From Candidatus Dadabacteria bacterium (GTDB taxonomy: Bacteria; Desulfobacterota_D; UBA1144; Nemesobacterales; Nemesobacteraceae), in contig VXTZ01000003.1 of NCBI GenBank assembly GCA_009837205.1, positions 2,263 to 66,262 on the forward strand: 64,000 bases of DNA, written 5' to 3'. The notes beneath the pieces were generated by a model that was not told where the DNA came from, made no database searches, and worked only from the letters and a program-made list of their open reading frames with translations. A program made the position numbers and the translations under genes. Positions 50,804 through 64,000 of the stretch are shown piece by piece. Positions within the stretch are counted from its first letter, which is position 1, and each line of letters begins with the position of its first letter.

Positions 50804-52182
50804 ATGCTAAAGGTGTCCGGAAAACAGGTTGCGGCTGTTTTTGGGATTGTGCTTCTGATCATTGCTCTCATAAAAGTCATCTCCATTGCCGAGATGAGCC
50901 CTCCCGTCATATCCTTTGAGCGGGATGTTAAGAGTCTCGGCTTAAAGCCCCTTGATGTGACGGTGTCTGACAAGGGCACAGGGCTTTCCAAGGTGCGCAT
51001 CTCTTTGCTTGACGCTTACGGGGAATCCGTTCTTGTTGAAAAAGAATACGAGAAAGGAACTAAAAGCGATGTTATAAGCGTGAGAATCAACCCCGAGAAG
51101 CTTGGCATAAAAAGCGGCGCAGCGGAACTTCTAATAGAGGCGACTGACCGTTTCATGAATGGTCTTTTCCCCGGAAAAAAAGCCGTTTTCAGCCAGAGAG
51201 TCACCCTGGATTTCATCCCTCCCCAGATACAGGAACTCTCGCCCGCGCTGTACATAAGACACGGGGGCGCGGGAGTTGTCATCTACAAGGTCTCTGAGGA
51301 CACGGTCTCAAGCGGCGTCGAGATAAAAGATCTCTTTTTTGAAGGCTACACGGGATACTTCGAAGACCCCTCGGTACACCTTGCCTTTTTCGCCTACCCG
51401 TATAATGCGGAGAAGGGCGAGAAGATAGAAATTCTTGCTACTGACGCGGCCGGCAACGAAACGAGGGAATCTGTCTATTACCGGCTTCTTCGGGCCTCTT
51501 ACGTAAAGGATGAGATAGGCCTCTCCGAGTGGTTTCTTAAAAGCAAGGTGCTTCCGCTTTTCACCAAGGTCTACGGCTATTCCCCGGTCGGAGATGACGG
51601 GAAACCTGATTTGCGTAAGGCGTTTCTGAAGATCAACAGCGAAACGAGAAAGGAAAACGACAACAGGATATATGAGATTGGAAGACAAAGCAGGAAGGAG
51701 ATTCTCTGGAAAGGGAAGTTCAACCAGCTTCGCAATTCCAAGGTGGGCGCGACATTTGCGGATCACAGGAGATACCTGATGGACGGCAACGTGATCGACA
51801 ATCAGTATCACCTCGGCTACGACCTCTCGGTTACTAAAAAATACCCCGTTCCCGCCTCCAACACCGGAGTGGTGGTTTTCGCTGAGCACCTCGGCATATA
51901 CGGCAATACGGTTATCATCGACCATGGAATGGGAGTTATGAGTCTTTACTCCCACCTGAGCTCGATGGATGTGAGCGTTGGGGACAGCGTGGGTAAAAAA
52001 GATATCGTGGGAAGGACGGGCACTACCGGGCTTGCCGTTGGAGATCATCTGCACTTCGGGGTTTACGTCCAGGGAATTCCGGTGAGGCCGCTTGAGTGGT
52101 GGGATGCCAAGTGGATCAACGACAACATACTGTACAAGGTTAACTACGTTAAGAAGAATTTCGGGGTCGTGGAGAATCCGCG

Positions 52183-52186
<4 letters not shown>
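50804..52186 (+). CDS. M23 family metallopeptidase with N-terminal membrane anchor
   Basis: C-terminal LytM domain with HxxxD (YHLGYDLS) and HxH (GDHLHFGVY) zinc motifs; N-terminal TM helix. RBS GGAGG upstream. Confidence 0.85.
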
Positions 52187-56699
<4,513 letters not shown>

Positions 56700-56715
56700 A
56701 AAGCACGTTGGGGCC

Positions 56716-58449
56716 TCAGGAGACTTTCTGGGTCTGCATTGAGTACTTCTTTATTCCTAGGACTATTCCGTCCACTATTCTATTTATGTAGGCTTCGCTC
56801 TTCAGTCTTTTTTCCTCTCTGGGATTTGTTATGAAAGAGGTCTCAATCAGCAGGCTTGGCACATCCGCTCCGATCAGCACGACAAAAGGCGCCTTTTTCA
56901 CTCCCTTGTTGTTTATGTACTTGTATTTCACGGAAACGTTCTGGATTATGGATTTCTGCACGTAACCGGCGACCTGCTGGGACTCTTCTTTCTTGGCGCT
57001 GAGTATATATTGCTTGAGCGTGCTTCCAAGCTCATTCAGTCCCTTGGTCGTGGTGGCGTTCTCCCTGGCCGCGAGCTGCAGTGAGGTCTGGTCGTCTGTA
57101 AAGCCCAGTATGTAGGTCTCTATTCCGTGCGCCTTTTTCCTTCTTGCCCCGTTGCAGTGTATGGATATGAAAATGTCTGCCTTTCTTTTTTTCGCTATTG
57201 CCGTGCGCTCCTCAAGAGGAATGAACCTGTCGGTGCTTCTTGTAAGGTAGACGTTTTCTATGCCGAAGCTCTTTCCCTCTTCTATAAGCCTCTCCCTCAG
57301 TCTCTTGGCTATCCTGAGGTTTACGTCCTTTTCCCTGAGGCCGCTTGGACCTACGGCTCCCGGATCATGTCCTCCGTGGCCCGGGTCGATCACTATGGTC
57401 CTTACCTTGAGTCCGAGGGCTTGCTTGAGGCTCGCTATCTCTCCTTCGGGAACCTTGGATTTAAGAGAGGGTCCCTGCTTGTCGTGTGAAGGAGCACCCT
57501 CCGCGAATATTTTCTCAGGCTGCGCTCCCGCTCCCTTTATGTCCATCACGAGCCGGAAAGAGGGGTTCTGTTCCGATTTTGGCAGGGAAAAGACCTTGTG
57601 GCCTTCAAGATCCTTTATGTAGAGCACGACGCGCGAGATTCCCGGGCGGTTGCTCGCGAAACTTATCTTCTCAAGAAGTCCTTTCGTGATGGGCTCGATG
57701 TTGACCGAATCCGAGATGACGGTTTTTTCGAGGTCAACGTAAAGACGGGGAGGGGTTTTGAGCTCGGGGTCGGCACGCAGCATTTTGGATGTGTACTCGA
57801 TCTCTCTGTCGGCCTCTATTACGACCCGCGTATAGTCGTCCGTTGACCAGTGCCTTATTTTCTTTACGACGGCGTATCCCTTGGGGTATTTTTTGGGCGG
57901 CGCTTTTTTTGCCGCAGGCTCTGCTTTCTTTGAAGTCTTTGCTCCCGTGAGTGTCGCCAGCTTCTTCTTCGCTATCTCGTAGGTGTCTGCTTCCTCCATT
58001 CCGTAGACGATCCTCTGGTACGCCGTTGCGGCTTCCTTTTTCTCTCCCCTGCGCTCAAGGATCCTTCCCATCCGAAGCCACGAGTCGTCGGCCAGGCTGT
58101 CTTTCGGATATCTTTTCACAAACTCGCGCGAGTACTGAAGCGCTTTCTCGGAGTCCTCGGGCGTTTTGAACCTGAGAGACTTTCTGTCGTAGACCCTGGC
58201 GGCGGCGAAGAGACAGAGCGGGGCATTTTTCCACTCGGGGTTCTGCGAATACAGCCTGTAGAAAGTGCTTCCCACGAGATCCCATGTTTCGCTTCTTTTG
58301 GCTTTTTCGGAATTTGACTCGAGCTGGCGGTAAAGCTTGAAATTCTCTTCGAAGAGGGCCCTGTCTTTCTCCTTCGCCGTGGCGAAAGAAAGGGTAAGCA
58401 GGCAGATAAAAGCTATGAGAAAGGGAAAAAGTTTTATGCGGCTTCTCAC
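56716..58449 (-). CDS. N-acetylmuramoyl-L-alanine amidase (Amidase_3 / AmiC-like) with N-terminal TPR-like domain
   Basis: Signal peptide; TPR-like helical N-domain; C-terminal catalytic domain with IVIDPGHGGHDPGA...ISIHCNGA zinc-ligand motifs; 577 aa. Confidence 0.8.
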   Translation of the reverse strand: MRSRIKLFPFLIAFICLLTLSFATAKEKDRALFEENFKLYRQLESNSEKAKRSETWDLVGSTFYRLYSQNPEWKNAPLCLFAAARVYDRKSLRFKTPEDSEKALQYSREFVKRYPKDSLADDSWLRMGRILERRGEKKEAATAYQRIVYGMEEADTYEIAKKKLATLTGAKTSKKAEPAAKKAPPKKYPKGYAVVKKIRHWSTDDYTRVVIEADREIEYTSKMLRADPELKTPPRLYVDLEKTVISDSVNIEPITKGLLEKISFASNRPGISRVVLYIKDLEGHKVFSLPKSEQNPSFRLVMDIKGAGAQPEKIFAEGAPSHDKQGPSLKSKVPEGEIASLKQALGLKVRTIVIDPGHGGHDPGAVGPSGLREKDVNLRIAKRLRERLIEEGKSFGIENVYLTRSTDRFIPLEERTAIAKKRKADIFISIHCNGARRKKAHGIETYILGFTDDQTSLQLAARENATTTKGLNELGSTLKQYILSAKKEESQQVAGYVQKSIIQNVSVKYKYINNKGVKKAPFVVLIGADVPSLLIETSFITNPREEKRLKSEAYINRIVDGIVLGIKKYSMQTQKVS

Positions 58450-58553
58450 TTTACACAGAAAGTATATTGGCTGTTGGGCCGTTGTAAATTTTTTTCGGAA
58501 GATTTGTATGTTATGTTCTTACAAAATCAATTCTACCATGTTTGGCGTGTTCT

Positions 58554-59321
58554 ATGAAGGTCAGAGTGCTTGGATGTGCCACTTCAACAGGCGTTCCCGT
58601 AGTGGGCTGCCAATGTGACGTATGCACATCGGATAATATTAAGAACAAACGTACTAGAAGTTCCGTGGTTGTCGAGGTGGCCGGAAAGAAAATACTTATC
58701 GACACCTCGACCGATCTGAGGACCCAGGCTCTGAGGGAGGGCATAACCAGGATCGATCTCGTTCTCTATACCCACTCCCACGCGGACCACACCCACGGAA
58801 TAGATGATCTTAAGGCGTTTAACTTCATAAATTCAATGGACATAGACTGTTACGCAAACCCGGTGACCCTCGATGACATAAAGCGGAACTTCGCCTACAT
58901 ATTCGATTCCTTCCCCGCCGCGGGAGGAAAGCCCAGGCTTAACTTCAAGGAGATAAACGGGGAAATCAGGTTCGAGGGAATCAGGATACAGCCAATCGAC
59001 ATCTATCATCACAACTGGCAGATACTCGGCTACAGGATCGGGTCTTTCGGTTACGTTACAGACTGCAGCGCCATTCCCGAGGAATCCTACGAAAAGCTCT
59101 CGGGGCTTGACCTTCTGATACTCGGCGCGTTGAGGTACAAACCCCACAGGGCCCACTTCAACATAGAGCAGGCGGTAGGGGAAATAGAGAAACTGGGGCC
59201 CAAAAGGGCCCTTCTTACCCATATGGGACACGAGCTTGAATACGAAAAGCTCCTCGCGGAACTCCCGGATCATGTAGAGCCGGCGTATGACGGAGCCGAA
59301 ATAGAACTGAGTGACCCCTGA
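58554..59321 (+). CDS. MBL-fold metallo-hydrolase (PhnP-like)
   Basis: N-terminal Cys cluster (GCATSTGVPVVGCQCDVC) and HxHxDH motif (YTHSHADHTHG); 256 aa from ATG 58554. Confidence 0.75.
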   Translation: MKVRVLGCATSTGVPVVGCQCDVCTSDNIKNKRTRSSVVVEVAGKKILIDTSTDLRTQALREGITRIDLVLYTHSHADHTHGIDDLKAFNFINSMDIDCYANPVTLDDIKRNFAYIFDSFPAAGGKPRLNFKEINGEIRFEGIRIQPIDIYHHNWQILGYRIGSFGYVTDCSAIPEESYEKLSGLDLLILGALRYKPHRAHFNIEQAVGEIEKLGPKRALLTHMGHELEYEKLLAELPDHVEPAYDGAEIELSDP

Positions 59322-59356
59322 TATTATCCCGCCCGGGTGGCGGACAAGGAAGAAAA

Positions 59357-60580
59357 ATGCAGGATCTCGTATCAAAACTTGTTGAGAAAAACTCCTCGAA
59401 GATAGTTCTCTGCGTTCTTGACGGACTCGGGGGGCTTCCCGTTGACGGAAAGACCGAACTCGAGGCGGCCCGGACCCCGAATCTTGACCGGCTTTCTTCG
59501 GCCGGGTCTCTGGGGCTGCACGTGCCGGTTGAGAGGGGCATAACCCCTGGAAGCGGTGCCGCGCACCTCGCGCTTTTCGGCTATGATCCCGTCAGAAACG
59601 AGATAGGAAGGGGGGTGCTCGAAGCTCTTGGCCTCGGCATCGATCTTGGCCCGTCGGACGTGGCGGTGAGGGGCAACTTCGCCACCGTGAAATACGAAGG
59701 GGATAACCCGGTCGTTACCGACAGGAGAGCGGGCAGGCTCAGCACCGAGGAGAACAGGAGGGTGATTTCTAGGATTTCGTCGGTCGTCAAGGAGATATGC
59801 GGGGTAAAAGTAAATTTCTATCCAGGTCTTGAGCACAGGTTTGTCGCGGTTCTGTCGTTTCTGGCGCAGCTCTCGGAGTCAGACGCGCTTGTCTGCGACA
59901 CGGACCCGCAGGCAGAAGGCAAAGCTCCTGTCAGGCCCCGCGGGGAGAACGGCAGTTCCCAGAAGACGGCCGAGATCGCGGGAGAGCTGATTGACAGTGC
60001 CTGCGAAGTGATAAGGGATGAGCCCGTTGCCAACTACATGCTTCTCAGGGGCTTCTCCGTGCGTCCTGATCTTCCGACTTTTGATGAGGCCTACGGGCTT
60101 CGGGCAGGTTGCGTTGCCGCCTATCCGATGTACAGGGGAGTGTCGAAACTGCTCGGGATGGACGTCCTTGAGGTCACCGGGGATTCCATCGGTGATGAGA
60201 TCGAGACGCTTTCTCGTAATTTCGAGGATTACGATTTTTTCTACCTCCACGTGAAGAAAACGGACAGTTACGGAGAGGACGGGAATTTCGGGGCGAAAGT
60301 AGGCGTGATAGAAGAATTCGATTCGCTTGTTCCAGAAATCATGGGGCTTGGGGTTGACGTTCTTGCCGTAACGGGTGACCACTCGACCCCGTCGGCGATG
60401 AAGTCGCACAGCTGGCACCCGGTGCCTCTCATGATCAGTTCTAAATACTGCCGGGGAGGGAACGTGGCGGGTTTTTCCGAATCGTCCTGCTCATCCGGCG
60501 ACTTGGGGGTCATAAAGGCAACTGAGATAATGCCGCTTCTTCTTGCCCACGCGGGACGGCTCCGCAAGTTCGGCGCTTGA
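59357..60580 (+). CDS. apgM: 2,3-bisphosphoglycerate-independent phosphoglycerate mutase, archaeal type (ApgM)
   Basis: 407 aa; VLDGLGGLP...TPNLDRL..AGS.GL, GSGAAHLALFGYDP and C-terminal VTGDHSTP are the ApgM-family metal-site motifs. Confidence 0.8.
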   Translation: MQDLVSKLVEKNSSKIVLCVLDGLGGLPVDGKTELEAARTPNLDRLSSAGSLGLHVPVERGITPGSGAAHLALFGYDPVRNEIGRGVLEALGLGIDLGPSDVAVRGNFATVKYEGDNPVVTDRRAGRLSTEENRRVISRISSVVKEICGVKVNFYPGLEHRFVAVLSFLAQLSESDALVCDTDPQAEGKAPVRPRGENGSSQKTAEIAGELIDSACEVIRDEPVANYMLLRGFSVRPDLPTFDEAYGLRAGCVAAYPMYRGVSKLLGMDVLEVTGDSIGDEIETLSRNFEDYDFFYLHVKKTDSYGEDGNFGAKVGVIEEFDSLVPEIMGLGVDVLAVTGDHSTPSAMKSHSWHPVPLMISSKYCRGGNVAGFSESSCSSGDLGVIKATEIMPLLLAHAGRLRKFGA

Positions 60581-60621
60581 AATTTGTTCCTTGCGTGATA
60601 CTTTTTACAATCCGATTTCGT

Positions 60622-60707
60622 GCCGAAGTGGCGGAATAGGCAGACGCGCTATCTTGAGGGGGTAGTGCCCTACGGGCGTGCGGGTTCGACTCCCGCCTTC
60701 GGCACCA
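60622..60707 (+). tRNA. tRNA-Leu (anticodon GAG), class II with long variable arm, CCA encoded
   Basis: GCCGAAG-TG-GCGGAATAGGCAGACGCG-CTATC/TTGAGGG/GGTAG-variable arm TGCCCTACGGGCGTG-CGGGTTCGACTCCCG-CTTCGGC-A-CCA. Collinear with E. coli tRNA-Leu; anticodon loop TTGAGGG. Confidence 0.9.
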
Positions 60708-60733
60708 TAAAGTAGATTCCTTGTCAACAAGCT

Positions 60734-61321
60734 ATGCCTAAGCAATGGAATGAGAAAGCCCTCTTTTCCAAGCAAACTAGGAAAAACATAGCTTTATTTC
60801 TTCCCATGCTTGCAGTAATTGTCTCTATTGTTACGGCCGGAGCACTCATTTGGAACGGATATGAAAACAGAAAACATTACAAACTGATTGTTAGCCCAAT
60901 GGTTGATACTTACATATCGAGCAATCTGCTTGATGACGACTCAGGGATTTTTATAGTGAACAAAGGCATTGGTCCTGCTAAGATAAATTTCAAAAAAATC
61001 TTTCTTGATGGACAGGCAAGCACTCCCGAAAAAATAATGCAGCAGATGATTGAAGAAGGCATTATTTATTCAGGAACTTCCTCTTCTTTAACTTTTCAAA
61101 CTTTTTCTTTGAAAGAGGGAACTAAACAAGGAATTTTAAGGTTTTCTTATAAATCGGTGAAGCCTTCTGCTCAAAGGAGGTTTAGGGACTTTATCCATTG
61201 CAGGTTAGACCTTCACTACGAATGGTGTTCGGTTTATGGCGACTGTACAGATGAAAAGACGGATGGAGATGCGGTAAAAGCGCCTTTTTGCAGGGAAGTG
61301 CTACCAGTAGAAAATAATTAA
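60734..61321 (+). CDS. hypothetical membrane-anchored protein (N-terminal TM helix, ~150-aa extracytoplasmic domain), AT-rich
   Basis: Starts 26 nt after tRNA-Leu. TM helix IALFLPMLAVIVSIVTAGALIW. No recognisable family. GC clearly below flanking genes. Confidence 0.5.
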   Translation: MPKQWNEKALFSKQTRKNIALFLPMLAVIVSIVTAGALIWNGYENRKHYKLIVSPMVDTYISSNLLDDDSGIFIVNKGIGPAKINFKKIFLDGQASTPEKIMQQMIEEGIIYSGTSSSLTFQTFSLKEGTKQGILRFSYKSVKPSAQRRFRDFIHCRLDLHYEWCSVYGDCTDEKTDGDAVKAPFCREVLPVENN

Positions 61322-61786
61322 AGATTTGGCTTTCAAGAGAAGAATTCTTCAATCCTGAAATATAGATGATTCCCCACTACACTACTGTCCCGAGGTTTTA
61401 AACTGAGCGTATTGTAACAACCTGATTACAGCGATAAAACAAACAGCCGGGCTGAATGTGGTAGTCCGATTCCCGAGTATATTTCATGCCATGGGGTCGC
61501 CTATACAGGCCATGAAGATTTGGATGGAGAAAGGGAAAGGTTTTGCCGTGGAGACCCGTCCGGCTTCAGAGGATCGTCCTACGCGTGAAAAAATCATGGT
61601 TGCCTTGCAGGATTAATTGACGGTTTTCTCAAAGTGCCGCGTAAAAGAGTCGTTCCTAAGCTGGTTTCATGCCCTTCTGGCAGACGACTTTCAGTCCCGG
61701 TTCCTTGACTTCCATTTGTAGTCACGATATAGTTACACTTGCGAATGTGAAGTTTTAAACGGTGCAGAGAATCAGGAGGCTGTTTC

Positions 61787-62041
61787 ATGGAATTTGCTTT
61801 GCGTCAGGCAAAAGCGCGTCTTTCCGAGCTGGTGTCCGCTGCCGAGAAAGGAGAGCGCGTCGTCATAACAAAATACGGGGAACCCGTGGTTGAGCTCGTG
61901 CGTCTGCGCGGGCGCGGAGGGATCGACCTTGAGAAGCTTGCGGAGGATTGCAAACGGGCTGGAATCCGGGAAAGCAAGGAGGGGTGGCCGAAGGAGTTTG
62001 ACGATCCTGCGTTCAGCCGGAAAGTCCTTGGGCTCGAGTAG
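61787..62041 (+). CDS. vapB: type II antitoxin (Phd/YefM-like VapB)
   Basis: 84 aa; MEFALRQAKARLSELVSAAEKGERVVITKYGEPVVELV is the classic Phd/YefM antitoxin N-terminus. 18 nt upstream of a PIN gene. Confidence 0.75.
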   Translation: MEFALRQAKARLSELVSAAEKGERVVITKYGEPVVELVRLRGRGGIDLEKLAEDCKRAGIRESKEGWPKEFDDPAFSRKVLGLE

Positions 62042-62059
62042 GAAATCCTGAATCGTCCT

Positions 62060-62467
62060 ATGCGTATACTGCTCGATACGTCTTATGTCTACGCTCTGAT
62101 GATGGCGCGCTGGGACCTTTCAGAGACAGAGAAGCTGATTTTCTCCAGCAAAGACATCCGGTTCCATGTAAGTGCCGTGTCCGTCTGGGAAATGCGCCTG
62201 AAATTCAATGCCAGGGACCATTCGGGCAAGCGGAAAAGCGAATTTGACCCGGAAGACGTCGTAGAGCTGCTGGCGGTACACGACGTGGTTTTTTTGCCTA
62301 TGACCGCGGGTCACGCAGCCTGCAGGCTTAAAACCCCAATAGCTCACAGAGACCCGTTTGACGAACTCCTGCTTGTTCAAGCTCAGCAGGAGAACCTGAA
62401 GTTTCTCACGACAGACCGCCAGATAATCGGACATCCATTGGCTGTTGGCCCGGACTTCATTCGGTAA
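62060..62467 (+). CDS. vapC: PIN-domain ribonuclease toxin VapC
   Basis: 135 aa; ILLDTSYV (Asp6), VWEM (Glu), RDPFDELL (Asp), FLTTDRQI (Asp) give the four PIN acidic residues in the usual order. Confidence 0.75.
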   Translation: MRILLDTSYVYALMMARWDLSETEKLIFSSKDIRFHVSAVSVWEMRLKFNARDHSGKRKSEFDPEDVVELLAVHDVVFLPMTAGHAACRLKTPIAHRDPFDELLLVQAQQENLKFLTTDRQIIGHPLAVGPDFIR

Positions 62468-62557
62468 AACCGCGTACTGATCAATAATTACCCTGAAGCA
62501 GGTAATTACGGCTTAATAAAGACAGGTCTGGGTTTTTTGCTCCGGGTCTTGATGAGT

Positions 62558-63175
62558 TTAAAAACCAGCTTTGCCCGGCGTCTCGCTGCGGATTTTTTCC
62601 GCTTTCTCGGGTTCTCCGATCTTTTCGTACACAAGACTCAGCTGCCTTCTCGCCTGGACGTAATAGGGGCTTTCGCTTCTGTTCACTTCGGAGAAGTATT
62701 CTATGCTCTTGTCCCAGCTCTCAAGCTCGAAAGCGGACAGACCGATCACCAGGTTCGCGCCGTCGCGGAAAATACCGTCTTCGGGGTCATCACCGAGGAA
62801 AAGCTCAAGATGCTTTATCGCTTCTTCGAATTTTCCAAGCTGGTAGTTGATCATCCCCATCTGGTAAAGAGCCAGAACCGACACGTCGGTTCCGGAATGC
62901 TCCTCACGTAGCGTTTGCAGCTGTGAAAGAGAGGTCTCCATTTCTCCGCTGTTGTAGCTCTTAATAGCCTCGCGGAGTTGCTCGTTTGCCAGGAGGTCTT
63001 TTTCTTCCTGTTGCGAGGAAACGAAGCAGACTGCGAGCAGGGCCACCGCTATGACGCCCATGCCGATAAGTATCTTGTTGAAGTGCTCCGAGAGGCCTTC
63101 GAGGGATTCCGCCAGGAACTCTCTGAATTTGTCGGGGCGCTTAAGTTCTTTGGTCGTATATTTTATCTTGGGCAT
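62558..63175 (-). CDS. TPR-repeat membrane protein, YfgM-like (short cytoplasmic N-terminus, one TM, periplasmic TPR domain)
   Basis: 205 aa; TM helix ILIGMGVIAVALLAVCFV, then TPR-like helices (ALYQMGMINYQLGKFEEAIKHLELFL). Architecture and size match E. coli YfgM. Confidence 0.55.
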   Translation of the reverse strand: MPKIKYTTKELKRPDKFREFLAESLEGLSEHFNKILIGMGVIAVALLAVCFVSSQQEEKDLLANEQLREAIKSYNSGEMETSLSQLQTLREEHSGTDVSVLALYQMGMINYQLGKFEEAIKHLELFLGDDPEDGIFRDGANLVIGLSAFELESWDKSIEYFSEVNRSESPYYVQARRQLSLVYEKIGEPEKAEKIRSETPGKAGF

Positions 63176-63382
63176 GAATCGTAAATTTTTGCCTTTTATA
63201 GAAAAGCGGCAAGCCTGTAAATTCCGTTTTATTACTGCCGGATTTATCTGCTGTGTTAGAATATTTCTTGAGTGAACATGATACGTTGTTTCTTAAGGCA
63301 ATGTCAAAGGTTTTCGGGGAATTATCGGAGGAATCGGCTGAGGTTTGATTCCCCGGCCCGAAAGTCCGGACGAAAAAGGATT

Positions 63383-64000
63383 ATGCCCCAAGCGGGCAGG
63401 GGTCCGCTTCTGCGCGTTTCAGTCTTTTTCCTGCTTCTCTCCGCGATCTTGGGTTACCAGGTATCCGCCGCCGATCCGGAGGCTTCTCCCCGGACGGCAG
63501 AGATAGTCGAGATCGAGATAAACGGTTCCATAAACCCCTCGACAGTGGATTACATTAAAAGCGGTCTCACAGAAGCGCGCGCCCGCAACGCCACCGCTCT
63601 GCTTATCCTCCTCGATACTCCCGGGGGGCTTCTTAATTCCACGAAGGACATAGTGAAGGTTCTTCTTAATTCCGAGGTTCCGGTGATAGTTTACGTCTAC
63701 CCGAGGGGAGCGACTGCCACTTCCGCGGGAGTTTTCATCACGCTCTCAGCCCACGTGGCGGCCATGTCTCCCGGAACAAGCATAGGGGCGGCCCATCCCG
63801 TGATGCTGGGGCGTGGCCAGCAGAGGGGCCCGGCCCCCGGGAAGCCGGAAGAAAAGAAAGACGATAAGTCTTCTGACGTGATGAACGAAAAGATTGAGAA
63901 TTTCGCGTCGTCTTTTATGGAAAGCATAGCCAAGGAAAGGGGAAGAAATGCGGAATGGGCAGTCGATTCGGTGAGAAAAAGCGTTTCGGTGACCGCCGAT
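63383..64000 (+). CDS. nfeD: NfeD-family membrane-bound serine protease (ClpP-class), N-terminal part; runs out of the window
   Basis: Open from ATG 63383 to the window end (no stop, so absent from the track). Signal/TM, then EIVEIEINGSINPSTVDYIKSGLTEARARNATALLILLDTPGGLLNSTKDIVKVLLNSEVPVIVYVYPRGATATSAGVFITLSAHVAAMSPGTSIGAAHPV, the NfeD/ClpP-fold signature. Confidence 0.8.
   Translation, partial: MPQAGRGPLLRVSVFFLLLSAILGYQVSAADPEASPRTAEIVEIEINGSINPSTVDYIKSGLTEARARNATALLILLDTPGGLLNSTKDIVKVLLNSEVPVIVYVYPRGATATSAGVFITLSAHVAAMSPGTSIGAAHPVMLGRGQQRGPAPGKPEEKKDDKSSDVMNEKIENFASSFMESIAKERGRNAEWAVDSVRKSVSVTAD

Overview
This 64 kb window is chromosomal and reads as a diderm bacterium: it carries Sec/YajC/Tat, TamB, an RND efflux pair, an AmiC-type amidase and an M23 peptidase. 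GC is roughly 50-55%, with frequent AGG/AGA Arg and ATA Ile codons. Most genes are housekeeping and are called by eye from the translations: hyuB-like (partial), sucD, yicC, dapB, tgt-yajC-secD-secF, pheS, dcd, gyrB, nuoG-nuoH, tatA, an MFS transporter, hisS, a LivJ-like binding protein, a GYD protein, trxA, MFP+RND efflux, aspA/fumC-family lyase, addB-addA, two glycosyltransferases, tRNA-Arg(CCT), glutaminyl cyclase, mntR plus a 4-gene ABC-3 metal transporter, der, tamB, M23 peptidase, a TrmH-family methyltransferase, ligA, polX, amidase, an MBL hydrolase, archaeal-type iPGM, tRNA-Leu(GAG), a YfgM-like TPR protein and nfeD (partial). Several small AT-rich accessory islets sit among them: a free-standing GIY-YIG endonuclease-like ORF where sucC would be expected; a Phd/Doc toxin-antitoxin module plus a small ORF directly upstream of addBA; a secreted double-Cache-like protein with a C-terminal anchor; and a tRNA-Leu-adjacent islet with a membrane protein and a VapBC pair. 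I found no CRISPR array, integrase, transposase or prophage block, and no clear multi-gene system of unknown function. The most unusual points are at the residue level: both ABC-3 metal-transporter permeases carry C-terminal DtxR-like winged-helix extensions although a separate full-length DtxR/MntR repressor is present; the Doc toxin has Asn where the catalytic His of the Fic/Doc motif sits; PolX has Asn at the first catalytic Asp and overlaps ligA; sucD conservation extends upstream of its only canonical start; and nuoG-nuoH stand isolated from other complex I genes. All calls are from reading the sequence by eye; no database searches were run.
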